A stretch of DNA of 64,000 bases, taken from the NCBI GenBank assembly GCA_022820995.1, contig JAJEEM010000044.1, positions 2,027-66,026 on the forward strand. Direction: 5' to 3'. Positions 36,507 to 46,800 of the stretch are shown in pieces. The notes below the pieces were generated by a model, which saw only the letters and a program-made list of their open reading frames with translations, was not told where the DNA came from and did no database searches. The number at the start of each line of letters is the position of its first letter. Within the stretch, counting starts at the first letter, position 1. The position numbers and the translations under genes are program-made. The stretch is from Gemmatimonadota bacterium (GTDB lineage Bacteria > Gemmatimonadota > Gemmatimonadetes > Palauibacterales > Palauibacteraceae).

Positions 36507-37007
36507 CTAGCTGATCCGGCGTATGGCCTGGCCGGATTCGACGTCGCAGCGGGCACAGAGCCCGTACAGCTTGAGTTGACGCTGCAGTACATGGAAACCG
36601 AATTGCCCGGCGACCTCCGTCTGCAGGCGGTTGAGTTCATCGCGCTGAAACCGGACCACGTCGCCGCACGCCGTGCAGATCAGGTGGTCCTGCTGCGCCC
36701 GGCCCACCTTCGCCTCGTATCGCTTGAACCCCTCGTCGAAGTCGTGCTCCGTTGCGAGGCCGACGCGAACAAGGAGGCTCAGGGTCCGGTAGACCGTCGC
36801 CTTCCCCGCGAGCTCGCCGTCGCCCCGCAGGCGTTCCACGACCTCGTCCGCCGAGAGTCGCCGCCCCGACTCGAACAGGACGCGGGAGATCGCTTCCCGC
36901 TGATGGGTGACGGGCAGATGATGCTCCTGCAGCGCGGCCCGGAAGAGGCCGAGCATCACGGCGGCGCAGCCGAGAGGCGGTCGGGGGGTGAGGGTGTCCG
37001 TGGTCAT
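36507..37007 (-). CDS. fur: Fur-family transcriptional regulator
   Basis: It has the Fur fold motifs (...RQREAISRVL..., HHDHLICTACGDV, CARC). An alternative start at M18 (36956) would give about 149 aa. Confidence 0.75.
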   Translation of the reverse strand: MTTDTLTPRPPLGCAAVMLGLFRAALQEHHLPVTHQREAISRVLFESGRRLSADEVVERLRGDGELAGKATVYRTLSLLVRVGLATEHDFDEGFKRYEAKVGRAQQDHLICTACGDVVRFQRDELNRLQTEVAGQFGFHVLQRQLKLYGLCARCDVESGQAIRRIS

Positions 37008-37043
37008 GGTGTTCTCAACGCGCTGAGAAGATAAGCGCGCTCG

Positions 37044-37778
37044 TCACGCCTGCAACCAGTGCGCCTCGAAGTCGTCCACTACCTGCCGCAACAGGCGGTC
37101 GACGGGGGAGGCCGGCCGGGGCGTGAGGAATCGGTCCGAGAAGCGGTTCAGGGCGACGCGGAGGGCGGTGAACGTCTTCGCGGCGTCGCGATAGCAGCCA
37201 TCGAGTTGCTGGCGGCGGGCGAACGGGGCGTCGGCGGCCAGCGAGAAGCCCGTCTGACCCATCGCCTCGTAATAGCCGAGGTCGGGTCCCGCCCGGCGTC
37301 GCTCCCGGGTGGAGATCCAGTCCGGGAAGAGGCCCGACAGCCAGAGCGAGAAGTTGCCGAGATGCGCGCTCAGCAGGAAGCCGCGGCGACCGTCCGATTC
37401 GGCGATCTCCGAAACGAGGTCGACGAGATAGCGGTACTCGCGGTCGTCGTACTCCGCGATGCGGTGGGCCCTCGCCTCCCTCGCGAAGTGGAGGAAGATC
37501 GAGGTCACGTAGTCGGCCATGAGGCGGGACTCGACGCCGCCCTCGAGCAGGCTGTGACGCAGCGCCACGTAGGAGAAGAGCTCCAGCGGGAGCGCCGAGA
37601 GCCCCGGTTCGGCGGTGAGCGCGCGGGGCGCCTTCGGGTGATCGAGCAGCGCGTCGATCCCGCGCTCCGAAACCAGCGCCTCGAGGCGGGTCCGGTCCTC
37701 GCCCCCGCGGGCGAGCGTGTAGACGAGTCGGGCCGCGTCGTCCCGTCCGAAGGAAGCCCTGACATCCGGAAGAATCAT
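37044..37778 (-). CDS. Hypothetical protein
   Basis: 245 aa from the internal ATG at 37778 (the N-terminal extension is G/R junk). No family was recognised. Confidence 0.4.
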   Translation of the reverse strand: MILPDVRASFGRDDAARLVYTLARGGEDRTRLEALVSERGIDALLDHPKAPRALTAEPGLSALPLELFSYVALRHSLLEGGVESRLMADYVTSIFLHFAREARAHRIAEYDDREYRYLVDLVSEIAESDGRRGFLLSAHLGNFSLWLSGLFPDWISTRERRRAGPDLGYYEAMGQTGFSLAADAPFARRQQLDGCYRDAAKTFTALRVALNRFSDRFLTPRPASPVDRLLRQVVDDFEAHWLQA

Positions 37779-37909
37779 GCCGCTCCCCCTTCCCGTGGTC
37801 CCTCCCCGTCGGCCCGCGCCACCTCGTTCCATACCCCAACCTCGCCTGCTAGTTTTCTCTCCGGGAGGAGTGGCCGCAACGGAGTCGACCCGAATGACGA
37901 CGATCTGAC

Positions 37910-38422
37910 ATGCCGAAAGAACGATTGAGAGAGCGCGGATGCGTGCTGCTGGCGGCCCTTGCGGCCGTCTTGGCGGCGTGCGGCTCGGCGGACGCGGATG
38001 TTCGCGGCGCCGACGTTGGGGGAAACGGCGGGCAGGCCGCCGAGACGGGGACGGGCGCCGTCGCCCAGGCGGTGGAACTCGTCCCGCTCCGGGTGGGCGG
38101 GATCGAGATCCAGGTCGAGATCGCCGACGACGCCGACGAGCGGCAGCAAGGGCTGATGTACCGCGAGTCGCTCGGCGAGAACGAGGGGATGCTGTTCGTC
38201 TACCCCGAGCAGCGCACCCTGGGCTTCTGGATGAAGAATACGCTCATCCCTCTCGACATCGCGTACATCGACCGCGAAGGCCGCATCGTCGACATCCAGC
38301 ACATGGAGCCGCAGACCACGGAAACCCACGACTCGGCCGCGCCCGCCATGTACGCGCTGGAGATGAACCTGGGGTGGTTCGAGGCCAACGGGATCCGCAT
38401 CGGAGACCTCATCGAGTTCTAG
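37910..38422 (+). CDS. DUF192 lipoprotein
   Basis: 170 aa with a lipobox (LAACG) and the DUF192-like GLMYRESLGENEGMLFVYP...FWMKNTLIPLDIAYID pattern. Confidence 0.6.
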   Translation: MPKERLRERGCVLLAALAAVLAACGSADADVRGADVGGNGGQAAETGTGAVAQAVELVPLRVGGIEIQVEIADDADERQQGLMYRESLGENEGMLFVYPEQRTLGFWMKNTLIPLDIAYIDREGRIVDIQHMEPQTTETHDSAAPAMYALEMNLGWFEANGIRIGDLIEF

Positions 38423-38476
38423 TCACGCGCCGCGCGCAATCCCGACAACCCACGACCCACGCACGGACACCCACGC

Positions 38477-39865
38477 ATGGATCATCGCAGGGAGAAGGAC
38501 TCCATGGGGGAGATGGCGATCCCCGCCGACCGGCTCTACGGAGCGCAGACGGAGCGGGCCCGCCAGAACTTCCCCATCTCGGACCTCCGCTTCGGACGCC
38601 GCTTCATCGAGGCGCTCGGCGCGATCAAGCTGGCCGCGTCCCGCGTGAACCGGGACCTGGGGCTCCTCGAACCCGAACTCGGCGAAGCGATCGAGCGGGC
38701 GGCCGGCGAGGCCATGACCGGGGAACTCGACTCCCATTTCGTGCTGGACATCTTCCAGACCGGGTCCGGCACGTCGACGAACATGAACGCGAACGAAGTC
38801 ATCGCGAACCGCGCCATTCAGCTCCTGGGCGGCGTCGTGGGTTCGCGAAGCCCCGTCCACCCCAACGATCACGTGAACCTGGGGCAGTCGTCGAACGACG
38901 TGATTCCGACCGCCACCCACGTCTCCGGACTCGTCGCGATCGAGCGTGAGCTGCTGCCCGCGCTGGAGCGGCTGCGCGCGGCGCTCGCGGCGAAGGCGGA
39001 GGAGTTCGATCACATCGCCAAGGCGGGGCGCACGCACCTGCAGGACGCGACGCCCGTCCGCCTGGGGCAGGAGTTCGGCGGCTACGCGAGCCAGGTGGGG
39101 CACGGGATACGGCGCGTCGAGGCCGTCCGTCCGGCGCTGGCGGAACTCGCCATCGGAGGGACGGCGGTGGGGACCGGCATCAACACGCCGGCCGACTTCG
39201 GCGCGCGGATGTCGGCGGCGCTGAGCGAGATTCTCGGGGTCGAGTTCGTGGAGGCGTCGAACCACTTCGAGGCGCAGTCGGCACGCGACGCGGTGGTCGA
39301 GGCGAGCGGGGCGCTGCGAACCGTCGCCGTGAGCCTGACCAAGATCGCGAACGATCTGCGCTGGCTGTCGTCCGGTCCGCGCACGGGCCTCGGCGAGATC
39401 AACCTGCCCGCGGTGCAGCCGGGCTCATCGATCATGCCGGGCAAGGTCAACCCGGTGATGGCGGAATCGGTGCTCCAGGTCTGCGCGCAGGTCATCGGCA
39501 ACGACGCCGCGATCGTCGTGGGCGGGCAGTCGGGGAACCTCGAACTCAACGTCATGATCCCCGTGATGGCCCACAACCTGCTCGAGAGCGTCCGGATTCT
39601 CTCCACCGCGAGCGTCGAGTTCGCCGAACGCTGCGTCCGCGGGATCACGGCGAACGAGGAGCGCTGCCTCCGGAACGCCGAATCCACTGCGGCGCTCGCC
39701 ACCGCGCTCGCGCCCGTCATCGGGTACGACAAGGCGGCGGAACTCGCCAAGCTCAGCCTCGCGGAGGACCGCACGCTGAAGGAACTCGTGCTGGAGCAGG
39801 GGCTCGTCGCCCCGGCGGAACTCGACCGGATCCTCGATTTCCGCGCGATGACCGAGCCCGGCTGA
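38477..39865 (+). CDS. fumC: Class II fumarate hydratase (fumarase/aspartase superfamily)
   Basis: 462 aa with GSSIMPGKVNP and QTGSGTSTNMNANEVIANRA, which is closer to FumC than to AspA. Confidence 0.7.
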   Translation: MDHRREKDSMGEMAIPADRLYGAQTERARQNFPISDLRFGRRFIEALGAIKLAASRVNRDLGLLEPELGEAIERAAGEAMTGELDSHFVLDIFQTGSGTSTNMNANEVIANRAIQLLGGVVGSRSPVHPNDHVNLGQSSNDVIPTATHVSGLVAIERELLPALERLRAALAAKAEEFDHIAKAGRTHLQDATPVRLGQEFGGYASQVGHGIRRVEAVRPALAELAIGGTAVGTGINTPADFGARMSAALSEILGVEFVEASNHFEAQSARDAVVEASGALRTVAVSLTKIANDLRWLSSGPRTGLGEINLPAVQPGSSIMPGKVNPVMAESVLQVCAQVIGNDAAIVVGGQSGNLELNVMIPVMAHNLLESVRILSTASVEFAERCVRGITANEERCLRNAESTAALATALAPVIGYDKAAELAKLSLAEDRTLKELVLEQGLVAPAELDRILDFRAMTEPG

Positions 39866-39919
39866 CCCGGCCCGGCCGGCCCCCGGCGCTGCTGGTCGAA
39901 CCCCGTCGGCCCGGCCCGC

Positions 39920-40849
39920 TCAGGGGACGGGAACGAGCGCCTCCGGGAGAAGGCGGTTCACCGTGAGGCTGGAGAGCCGGAAGGCTTCCGTTCCGTCCGC
40001 GACGCGGGCGACCCAGTCTCCGCGCTCCTCGTCCTCCAGCAGGAGGATCGCGAGTTCGAGCCGCCGGCCGGTCACGTCCGCGGATCCCTCCGAGAACACT
40101 TCGAACGACCCGTCCGCCAGCGTGAAGTCGGCGGACGCCTCTTCCTCCTCCGTGGGGAAGCCGGAGGCGGAGACGGAGGGCAGGAGGGCGAGGAGCCTCT
40201 GCACGAGCGCCGAATCCGCCGGCGCGTCTCCCGCGAGCCACCCCTCGCCGCTCCGGCGCAGCACCGCCTCACGGTCGCCGCGACGCATGAGGATCTCGCG
40301 TACGCCGGCGGTGTCCACCGAGGCGATCAGGCGCGGGCGCCACCCGTCGCGGTCGCGATTCAGGTAGCCTCCGGCCGGACCGTCGAGCCGGTAGACGACA
40401 TCGTCTCCGGGGAGACGCACGAAATAACCCCCGGAGCGCGTGTCGCGGTCGCCGAGATGGAACCGCCGCGCGTCGCCGCCGTCCGTCCGCACCTCGACGC
40501 GCCGCCCGCCCTCCGCGACGCCCAGGCTCGCGTGATTCGACGGGTTGCGCGCGACGAGTTCCGACGAGGAGAGCCGACCGATCACGTCCAGGAGGTCGCG
40601 GATCTTCGGCTCGTCCGCCACGTACCCGTCGACCGTCCACCCCGCGTCCGTCCGCGCCAGACGCACCGTGCCGGCGTTCTCCGCGAGCACGATGTCGACG
40701 CCCGCGATGGAGTCCGCCACCACGAAGGAGAAGCCGTCCCCGACATCCAGCGTCCCGCCTTCGCCGCTGTCCCTGAACAGCCGGGGCAGGTAGAGAAGGA
40801 CGGCCACGCCGAGCACGGCCGCGATGACCTTCAGCTGTTTCGCGTTCAT
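39920..40849 (-). CDS. DUF4340 domain protein (ABC-2/GldG-associated)
   Basis: 309 aa with an N-terminal TM anchor. Its start overlaps the stop of the upstream permease (ATGA). Confidence 0.55.
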   Translation of the reverse strand: MNAKQLKVIAAVLGVAVLLYLPRLFRDSGEGGTLDVGDGFSFVVADSIAGVDIVLAENAGTVRLARTDAGWTVDGYVADEPKIRDLLDVIGRLSSSELVARNPSNHASLGVAEGGRRVEVRTDGGDARRFHLGDRDTRSGGYFVRLPGDDVVYRLDGPAGGYLNRDRDGWRPRLIASVDTAGVREILMRRGDREAVLRRSGEGWLAGDAPADSALVQRLLALLPSVSASGFPTEEEEASADFTLADGSFEVFSEGSADVTGRRLELAILLLEDEERGDWVARVADGTEAFRLSSLTVNRLLPEALVPVP

Positions 40850-43101
40850 ACGAGCGCTCCTCCCTCCGTGAAGGAACGCTGCTGCACCTGCCGCCGCCGC
40901 GCGAGCCGCAGCACGCCGACGAAAACGAAGAGCAGCGGGACGCCGGCCAGGTTCCCGTACCGGGTCAGGTCCGGGAGCCATTCGTTGGGGAAGAGGAGCG
41001 TCGGGGGCGCGCGGTCCTTGGACCGGATCGAGATCAGCGCCTCGTCCTGGGCGAGCCAGTCGATCGCGTTCTGGAAGAAGATCATCCCGGCAAGCCCGGA
41101 CACCGACTGCTGAAGCGTCTCGTCGTGGACCAGCGACGAGGAGCCCGCGAGGACGATGCGGCCGCCGCCCGGCTGCGTGTAGGCCAGGGCGAGCGTCTCC
41201 ATCGTCACGTCGTCCTCCGAGATCCGTCCATCCGGCGCGATCAGCGTTTCCCACTCCTGCATCGCGTCGATCGAGAGCGGGGTCCCAAGTCGTCCGCCTA
41301 CCTCCGACGTCGTGAGAAGCGGCGTCACGAGGGTGCTGTCCTCCACCTCGACGAGGAGCGGACTTCCGAATCGGACCGGCACGTTGGCCACGCCGTCCAC
41401 GATCACGTGCTCGGAGGCCGGCTGGGCGAGCGTCCACAGCGGATAGCCCACGATGAAGGCGCCGCCCTGGGACGGCACCTGCACCTGTTCGTGGAGCGCC
41501 AGGTCGAAGGCCATCGACGGAACGATGCCGAGACCTCGCGCCTGCAGCAGCGAATCGAGCGCCGGATCGAAGGTCGGTCCCGCGTAGCGCGCCTGCATGT
41601 CCGCCGTCACGCCCGATTTCAGGATGAAGAGGCTCCCGCCCTCGTCGACGAAGCGGCTCACGATCTCGCCGGCCGCGGGTTCGAGCGGCGTCCGGCCGCC
41701 GGCGATCAGGAGTACGTCGATCGAATCCGGCACCGCCGTGGTCGTCGAGTCGACGCGGAACTCCCTCAGGTCGTACTCCAGGGCGAGGCGGCCGCGGGCG
41801 ATCCGAAGCCCCGCGTCCAGACTCAGTTCGCCGTGTCCGGTCAGGATCCCGATGGTGGGACGTTCGGCGCGCGTGAGGGCGCGGATCATCGAGGCGAGAC
41901 GGTATTCGAGGTCGGCCGTCTGCCGGATGAGCGGGATGATCTGGCTATCGCCGGCGTACTGGATCGCAAGCGCGAAGTAGCGCTCCTGGTACGACACCTC
42001 GTCATCGGCGAGGATCTGGAACGGCACGGGGCGGATGCCGAGCATCCCCGCCTCCTCCTGGGCGTCGGGGTCCTCGTCGGGGTTCGCGCGGACGAGGTTC
42101 ACGTTGGCGCCTCCGGTGGCATCGAGATCCCGGAGGAGATCGTCCACGTCCCGGCTCAGGGGCGCGAGCTGCGCCGGCAGTTCCGCGGACTGGAAGAGCT
42201 TGATCGTGACGAGGTCGTCGAGTCCGCGCAGCAGGTCGGCCGTCGGCGCGGACAGCGTGTAGACCTTGCCCGGCGTGAGGTCGAGCCGGCCGCGCAACTG
42301 CCCGCCCGCCAGCGCGGCGAAGACGGCGATCCCCACCAGGCCGAGCACGCCCATGCGCAGCCGTCCGTACGCCGGCCTGTCGCGGCTCAGGCGCTCGCGC
42401 ATGACGGAGAAATACGTGAGCGAGAGGAACGCCGTCCCGAGCGCCGCGAAGTACAGGACGTCCCGCAGGTCGATCACGCCTCGCGCCACGTTCGAGAAGT
42501 GCCCGAGCACGCCCAGGCGCGCCGCCGCCCCCGCGAGCGGGGCGGGGAGGGAGAGCGTGACCGTGGGCAGTCCGATGAGGTAGAGGGCGAAGCTGACCGT
42601 GACGCCGATGATGAACGCGGTCACCTGGTTCCTCGTGAGCGAGGAGGCCCAAAGGCCGACCGCGATGAGCGCCGATATGAGGAACATCGATCCCAGGTAC
42701 TGGGTGAAGATGACGCCCCACTGAAGGTCGGCGCCGAGCGTGAGGCCGAGCGGGATGCCCAGCGTCCCCGCCATGGCGACCAGCAGGAAGAAGAGGACGC
42801 CGAGGAACTTGCCGAGCAGGAACTCCACGACCTGGATCGGCTGCGCGAGCACGAGTTCGAGCGTCCCCGCGTTCCGCTCCTCCGCGAACGACCGCATGCA
42901 GACGGCCGGAATGAAGAAGAGCAGGAGCCAGGGGAGGAGGGACAGCATCGGCCGCAGCGAGGCCTCGCCGAGGAGGTAGGCCTCCTGGAAGTAGAAGTAG
43001 AAATTGATCCCGAGGAAGATGACGAGGAGGATGTAGGCGGTCGCGTGGTCGAAGTAGCCCGCGAACTCCCGCTTCGCGACCGTCAGGATGCGGCCGATCA
43101 T
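40846..43101 (-). CDS. ABC-2 permease fused to a GldG-like periplasmic domain
   Basis: 751 aa. It has N-terminal ABC-2 TM helices, a large soluble region and a C-terminal TM. Its start overlaps the ATPase stop. Confidence 0.7.
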   Translation of the reverse strand: MIGRILTVAKREFAGYFDHATAYILLVIFLGINFYFYFQEAYLLGEASLRPMLSLLPWLLLFFIPAVCMRSFAEERNAGTLELVLAQPIQVVEFLLGKFLGVLFFLLVAMAGTLGIPLGLTLGADLQWGVIFTQYLGSMFLISALIAVGLWASSLTRNQVTAFIIGVTVSFALYLIGLPTVTLSLPAPLAGAAARLGVLGHFSNVARGVIDLRDVLYFAALGTAFLSLTYFSVMRERLSRDRPAYGRLRMGVLGLVGIAVFAALAGGQLRGRLDLTPGKVYTLSAPTADLLRGLDDLVTIKLFQSAELPAQLAPLSRDVDDLLRDLDATGGANVNLVRANPDEDPDAQEEAGMLGIRPVPFQILADDEVSYQERYFALAIQYAGDSQIIPLIRQTADLEYRLASMIRALTRAERPTIGILTGHGELSLDAGLRIARGRLALEYDLREFRVDSTTTAVPDSIDVLLIAGGRTPLEPAAGEIVSRFVDEGGSLFILKSGVTADMQARYAGPTFDPALDSLLQARGLGIVPSMAFDLALHEQVQVPSQGGAFIVGYPLWTLAQPASEHVIVDGVANVPVRFGSPLLVEVEDSTLVTPLLTTSEVGGRLGTPLSIDAMQEWETLIAPDGRISEDDVTMETLALAYTQPGGGRIVLAGSSSLVHDETLQQSVSGLAGMIFFQNAIDWLAQDEALISIRSKDRAPPTLLFPNEWLPDLTRYGNLAGVPLLFVFVGVLRLARRRQVQQRSFTEGGALV

Positions 43102-44132
43102 GCGTCCACCTCCTCGCCCGCTTCCAGCGCCTCGTCGGACATGGCACCGGGGGTCTCGTCGCCGGTCTCGTCGACCGTCTCGTCCGCCGGCCCCGTGCTC
43201 TCGGCGGTGAGCCGGTGGAATAGATCCTCCAGACTCGCCTGGGCGAGGTGCAGTTCCCACAGCGGCCAGCCCCGCGCGGCAGCGAGTCGCGAGATGTCCG
43301 GCCGCGGGTCCTGGCCGGAAGCGCCTTCGACCGCGAACCGGGCGCGCCCGCCCGCGTCGGCTTCGACGGCGTCGGCTCGGGCAACGGAGGGGAGATCGCC
43401 CATGGCCTCCCCCGCGGCATCCGCCGGAGCCGCGACTTCGACCATCACCCGGGCGCCGCCCTGTCCCGCGACGAGTTCGTCGACGGAACCGTCGGCGACG
43501 ATCCGCCCCTCGTTGATGATGACGACGCGCGAGCACGTCTTCCGGACCTCCTGCATCACGTGCGTGCTGAGGAGGACGGTGCGGTCGGTCCCCACGTCGC
43601 GGATGAGGCTGCGGATCTCGACGCGCTGGTTCGGATCGAGCCCCTCCGTCGGTTCGTCGAGGATGAGGATCTCCGGCTGCGAGAGGATGGCCTGCGCGAG
43701 GCCGACGCGCTGCCGGTACCCCTTCGAGAGCTGGTTGATCGGCCGATAGTAGACGGCTTCGATCCCGGTCTGCGCGACGACATCGTCGGTCCGCGCGCGG
43801 ATCTCGGCAGCGCTCATCCCGCGCAGCCGGCCCATGAACGTGATGTATTCGCCGGCGAGCATGTCCCGGTAGAGGGGATTCGTCTCGGGCAGGTAGCCGA
43901 TGCGGCGCCTCAGCTCGACGGGGTGGTCCTCGATGGACAGGCCATCGATGGAAATCGTGCCCCCATCGGGCTCGAGATACTGCGTGAGGAGCCGCATCGT
44001 CGTCGTCTTGCCCGCGCCGTTCGGCCCGAGGAAGCCGACGACTTCGCCGCGGTCGATCGAGAAGGTCGCGGAGTCGACCGCGACGGTCTCGCCGAACGTC
44101 TTCACGACATCGGTAAGCGATACGAGTGACAT
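43098..44132 (-). CDS. ABC transporter ATP-binding protein (GldA-like)
   Basis: 344 aa with Walker A GPNGAGKTT, signature LSKGYRQRVGLAQA and Walker B ILILDEPT. Confidence 0.8.
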   Translation of the reverse strand: MSLVSLTDVVKTFGETVAVDSATFSIDRGEVVGFLGPNGAGKTTTMRLLTQYLEPDGGTISIDGLSIEDHPVELRRRIGYLPETNPLYRDMLAGEYITFMGRLRGMSAAEIRARTDDVVAQTGIEAVYYRPINQLSKGYRQRVGLAQAILSQPEILILDEPTEGLDPNQRVEIRSLIRDVGTDRTVLLSTHVMQEVRKTCSRVVIINEGRIVADGSVDELVAGQGGARVMVEVAAPADAAGEAMGDLPSVARADAVEADAGGRARFAVEGASGQDPRPDISRLAAARGWPLWELHLAQASLEDLFHRLTAESTGPADETVDETGDETPGAMSDEALEAGEEVDA

Positions 44133-44396
44133 GCGAGTGACGTCGGATCCGGGTTGGAGTGTGCGAACCGCCCGCGGTCGACGGAACGTCGCCGGGCGAA
44201 CCCGCCGATGGACAGTCGAGCGGGGTCGAACTGTTGCCCGCGCCGCGGCCATCTTCGGGCCGTCTCCCGACGGGGCGGGAAAGGTAGATGGGGCGCGGTG
44301 CGAGTCAAGCGCCGCCGGGCCCGTCGGCGCTTGCCGCCAGCCGGCCGCTGCAGGTCATCGCAGACAGGCCGGTGGCGCGGGTGTAGCTTTTCCGGC

Positions 44397-46343
44397 ATGA
44401 ACCTATTCCTCGATGCGGGTCGGCGGATCCTGGGACTCTGTCTGGTCGTGCTCGTCGCCGTCCCCGTGTTTCTGATCCTCGATCCCGACGGATCCACCAC
44501 GCCGCTCGATGTACCCATGCGCCGCGCAGGGTTGGAGCACTGGTCGTACACGTGGGGCGCGTCGACCGGTGTCTGGACGCTCCTCGTCGTTGGAGGCGCC
44601 ATCCTTGCCGGGATGCTCGGGAAGGGAAGGGTGTCCGGCACCCTCCCCCGGATAGGTCGCGCGATCGAACGTCCGCCGACGTGGTCCGCAGCTGCGTTCA
44701 TGGGACTTGTGGGTGCGGGGCTCACGGCCGCGGTGCTGCTGCTGGTGTTCGAGGGGAGCCCGATTCTCAACGACGCAAGCGTCCAACTCTTGCAGGCCAG
44801 GTATTTCGCTGCCGGGGAGCTGGCCGGGCCTCCGCTCGCGATGCCGGAGTTCTGGTCGATGCAGTTCATGGTCCCCACCGCCGCGGGATGGGTGTCCCAG
44901 TACCCGCCCGGGCACGCCCTGTGGCTCGCCGCCGGGTTCAAGCTCGGCGAAGCGTGGATCGCCATGGCGGCAGCCACCGGAATGTTGGGTGTCTTCTCGG
45001 TTCTGTCCTTCGAGCGCCTGCTGCCCGGCCGAATCGCAGCGGCGCGGCTCGGCGCCCTCCTCGCGGTCACGAGTCCGCTGCTGCTGGCCCTGGCCGGAGC
45101 CTACATGAACCACGCGACCGTGGCGGCCTTCGCCGCGCTCGCCCTGTGGCTCGCGCTCCGGGCCGAGACGGGCCGGGCCGCGTGGGCGCTGGCGGCGGGC
45201 GGCGCGATGGGCTTCATGGTCACGACGCGCCCCGTCTCCGGTCTGCTCATCGGCGCCGCCGTGACGGCCGGCGTGTGGCTCACCGCGCCGCGGAGGGAAC
45301 CGGGCCTGCACCGGCCGTGGCTCCTGCGCCGCTTCGCCTGGTGGGCGCTGGGCGGCCTCCCGTTCGCGGTCGGCTTCGCCTGGTTCAACGCCCGCTTCTT
45401 CGGCAGCCCGCTCACCCTCGGCTATACCGCCGCCGCCGGCCCGAGCCACGGCCTCGGCTTCCACGTAGACCCGTGGGGCCGCGTGTACGGCTTCACTCAA
45501 GCGCTCGGATACACGTCGACCGAACTCATTTCGCTGGGGCGCGAACTCCTCGGAACCGTGCTCCCCGTCGGCGTGCTCGTCGGCCTCTTCCTGCTCCTCG
45601 CGCGGCGGCTCGATCGAGGCGAGCGAATCCTGGCCGCGTGGGCCCTGCTGCCCGTCCTGGCGAGCGCCATGTACTGGCACCACGACCTCGTAATGGGCCC
45701 CCGAATGCTCGGTGAAGCCGTCCCCGCCTGGTGCGCGCTCCTCGTGCTGGCGACGATCGGTCTCGCACGCGTCGCCCGCCGCGGCTGGCTCTCGGACGCG
45801 GTCGTCGTTCTCGTCCTCATCTCCATCGGCTATGGTCTCGCAGTGGGAGGGCGCGAGCGCATCGTGCGCCTGGGAGGCCGCGTCGTGCCCGCTCTCGCGG
45901 TCACGGAGCCCGGCCCATCGCTCGTCTTCGTGCACGAAACCTGGCAGGACCGGATCGGGGCCCGGCTCGCGGCGCGGCCGATGCGCCTCGACAGCGTGCG
46001 CGCGCTTCTGAATCAGTATTCTCCCTGCCGCCTGGAGGGTGCCCTGATCGGCGCCCAGCGACCGGAAGAGGTGGAGGATCGGTGCCGTCGGGAGAACAGC
46101 TCCGACCGGCTCGGCTGGATCGGACTCACCGACAACCTGTGGCGCGGAGACCTGCCGGGGCTCGGCGGCTCGGGGGTGCTGTGGACCAGGGATCTCGGCC
46201 CCGAGGCGAATGCCCGCCTCATCGAAGCCTACCCCGACCGGACGCCCCTCCTCGCCATGCCGGACGGGGAAGGGGAAGGCGGCGGCCTCGTCGTCCCCTA
46301 CGAGATGGGCGTGACGGCCCTCTGGGGCCCCGCCCCGCCGTAG
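44397..46343 (+). CDS. Polytopic membrane protein, possibly a GT-C-type (ArnT/PMT-like) glycosyltransferase
   Basis: 648 aa with at least 10 hydrophobic segments in the N-terminal roughly 450 aa, then a soluble C-terminal domain. Confidence 0.45.
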   Translation: MNLFLDAGRRILGLCLVVLVAVPVFLILDPDGSTTPLDVPMRRAGLEHWSYTWGASTGVWTLLVVGGAILAGMLGKGRVSGTLPRIGRAIERPPTWSAAAFMGLVGAGLTAAVLLLVFEGSPILNDASVQLLQARYFAAGELAGPPLAMPEFWSMQFMVPTAAGWVSQYPPGHALWLAAGFKLGEAWIAMAAATGMLGVFSVLSFERLLPGRIAAARLGALLAVTSPLLLALAGAYMNHATVAAFAALALWLALRAETGRAAWALAAGGAMGFMVTTRPVSGLLIGAAVTAGVWLTAPRREPGLHRPWLLRRFAWWALGGLPFAVGFAWFNARFFGSPLTLGYTAAAGPSHGLGFHVDPWGRVYGFTQALGYTSTELISLGRELLGTVLPVGVLVGLFLLLARRLDRGERILAAWALLPVLASAMYWHHDLVMGPRMLGEAVPAWCALLVLATIGLARVARRGWLSDAVVVLVLISIGYGLAVGGRERIVRLGGRVVPALAVTEPGPSLVFVHETWQDRIGARLAARPMRLDSVRALLNQYSPCRLEGALIGAQRPEEVEDRCRRENSSDRLGWIGLTDNLWRGDLPGLGGSGVLWTRDLGPEANARLIEAYPDRTPLLAMPDGEGEGGGLVVPYEMGVTALWGPAPP

Positions 46344-46383
46344 AGCCCTGGTGGCGGTGAAGGGTCGCTCGTAAGAGTCTCAC

Positions 46384-46800
46384 TCAGAGACGTGATTCCA
46401 GTGTGGGCGGCACCACGAGTTCGAGTTCCGTGTGGCGGGCGATGGTGTCGAAGTCGCGATTCCGGGCCAACAGAGGGCGGCGCGCATCCAGGGCCGCGGC
46501 GGCGACCAGGCAGTCTACCGTGGACCGAATCGTACGTCCCGCCCGCTGACACGTGCGGTAGATCCGCGCGGCGCTCCGGAACTGGCCCAGCGAGTCGGGG
46601 ATCAGGATCTCGAAGCGGCCGAGCAGCCTCAACAGATCCAGCTCCTCGGATTCGCTGCGACAACCTGCGAGTAGTTCCATGACTGCGGGAGCGGGCGTGG
46701 CGATCGCGCTCCCGGTCTGTACGGCGTGTCTCAGACCGAGGTTGACGGGACTTTCCGTGCGGCGCAGGTATTCGATCCACGCGGACGTGTCGACGATCAC
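46384..46800 (-). CDS. vapC: PIN-domain toxin VapC
   Basis: 138 aa with a [13 protein letters not shown]-terminus and a GTG start overlapping the vapB stop (GTGA). Confidence 0.75.
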   Translation of the reverse strand: MIVDTSAWIEYLRRTESPVNLGLRHAVQTGSAIATPAPAVMELLAGCRSESEELDLLRLLGRFEILIPDSLGQFRSAARIYRTCQRAGRTIRSTVDCLVAAAALDARRPLLARNRDFDTIARHTELELVVPPTLESRL

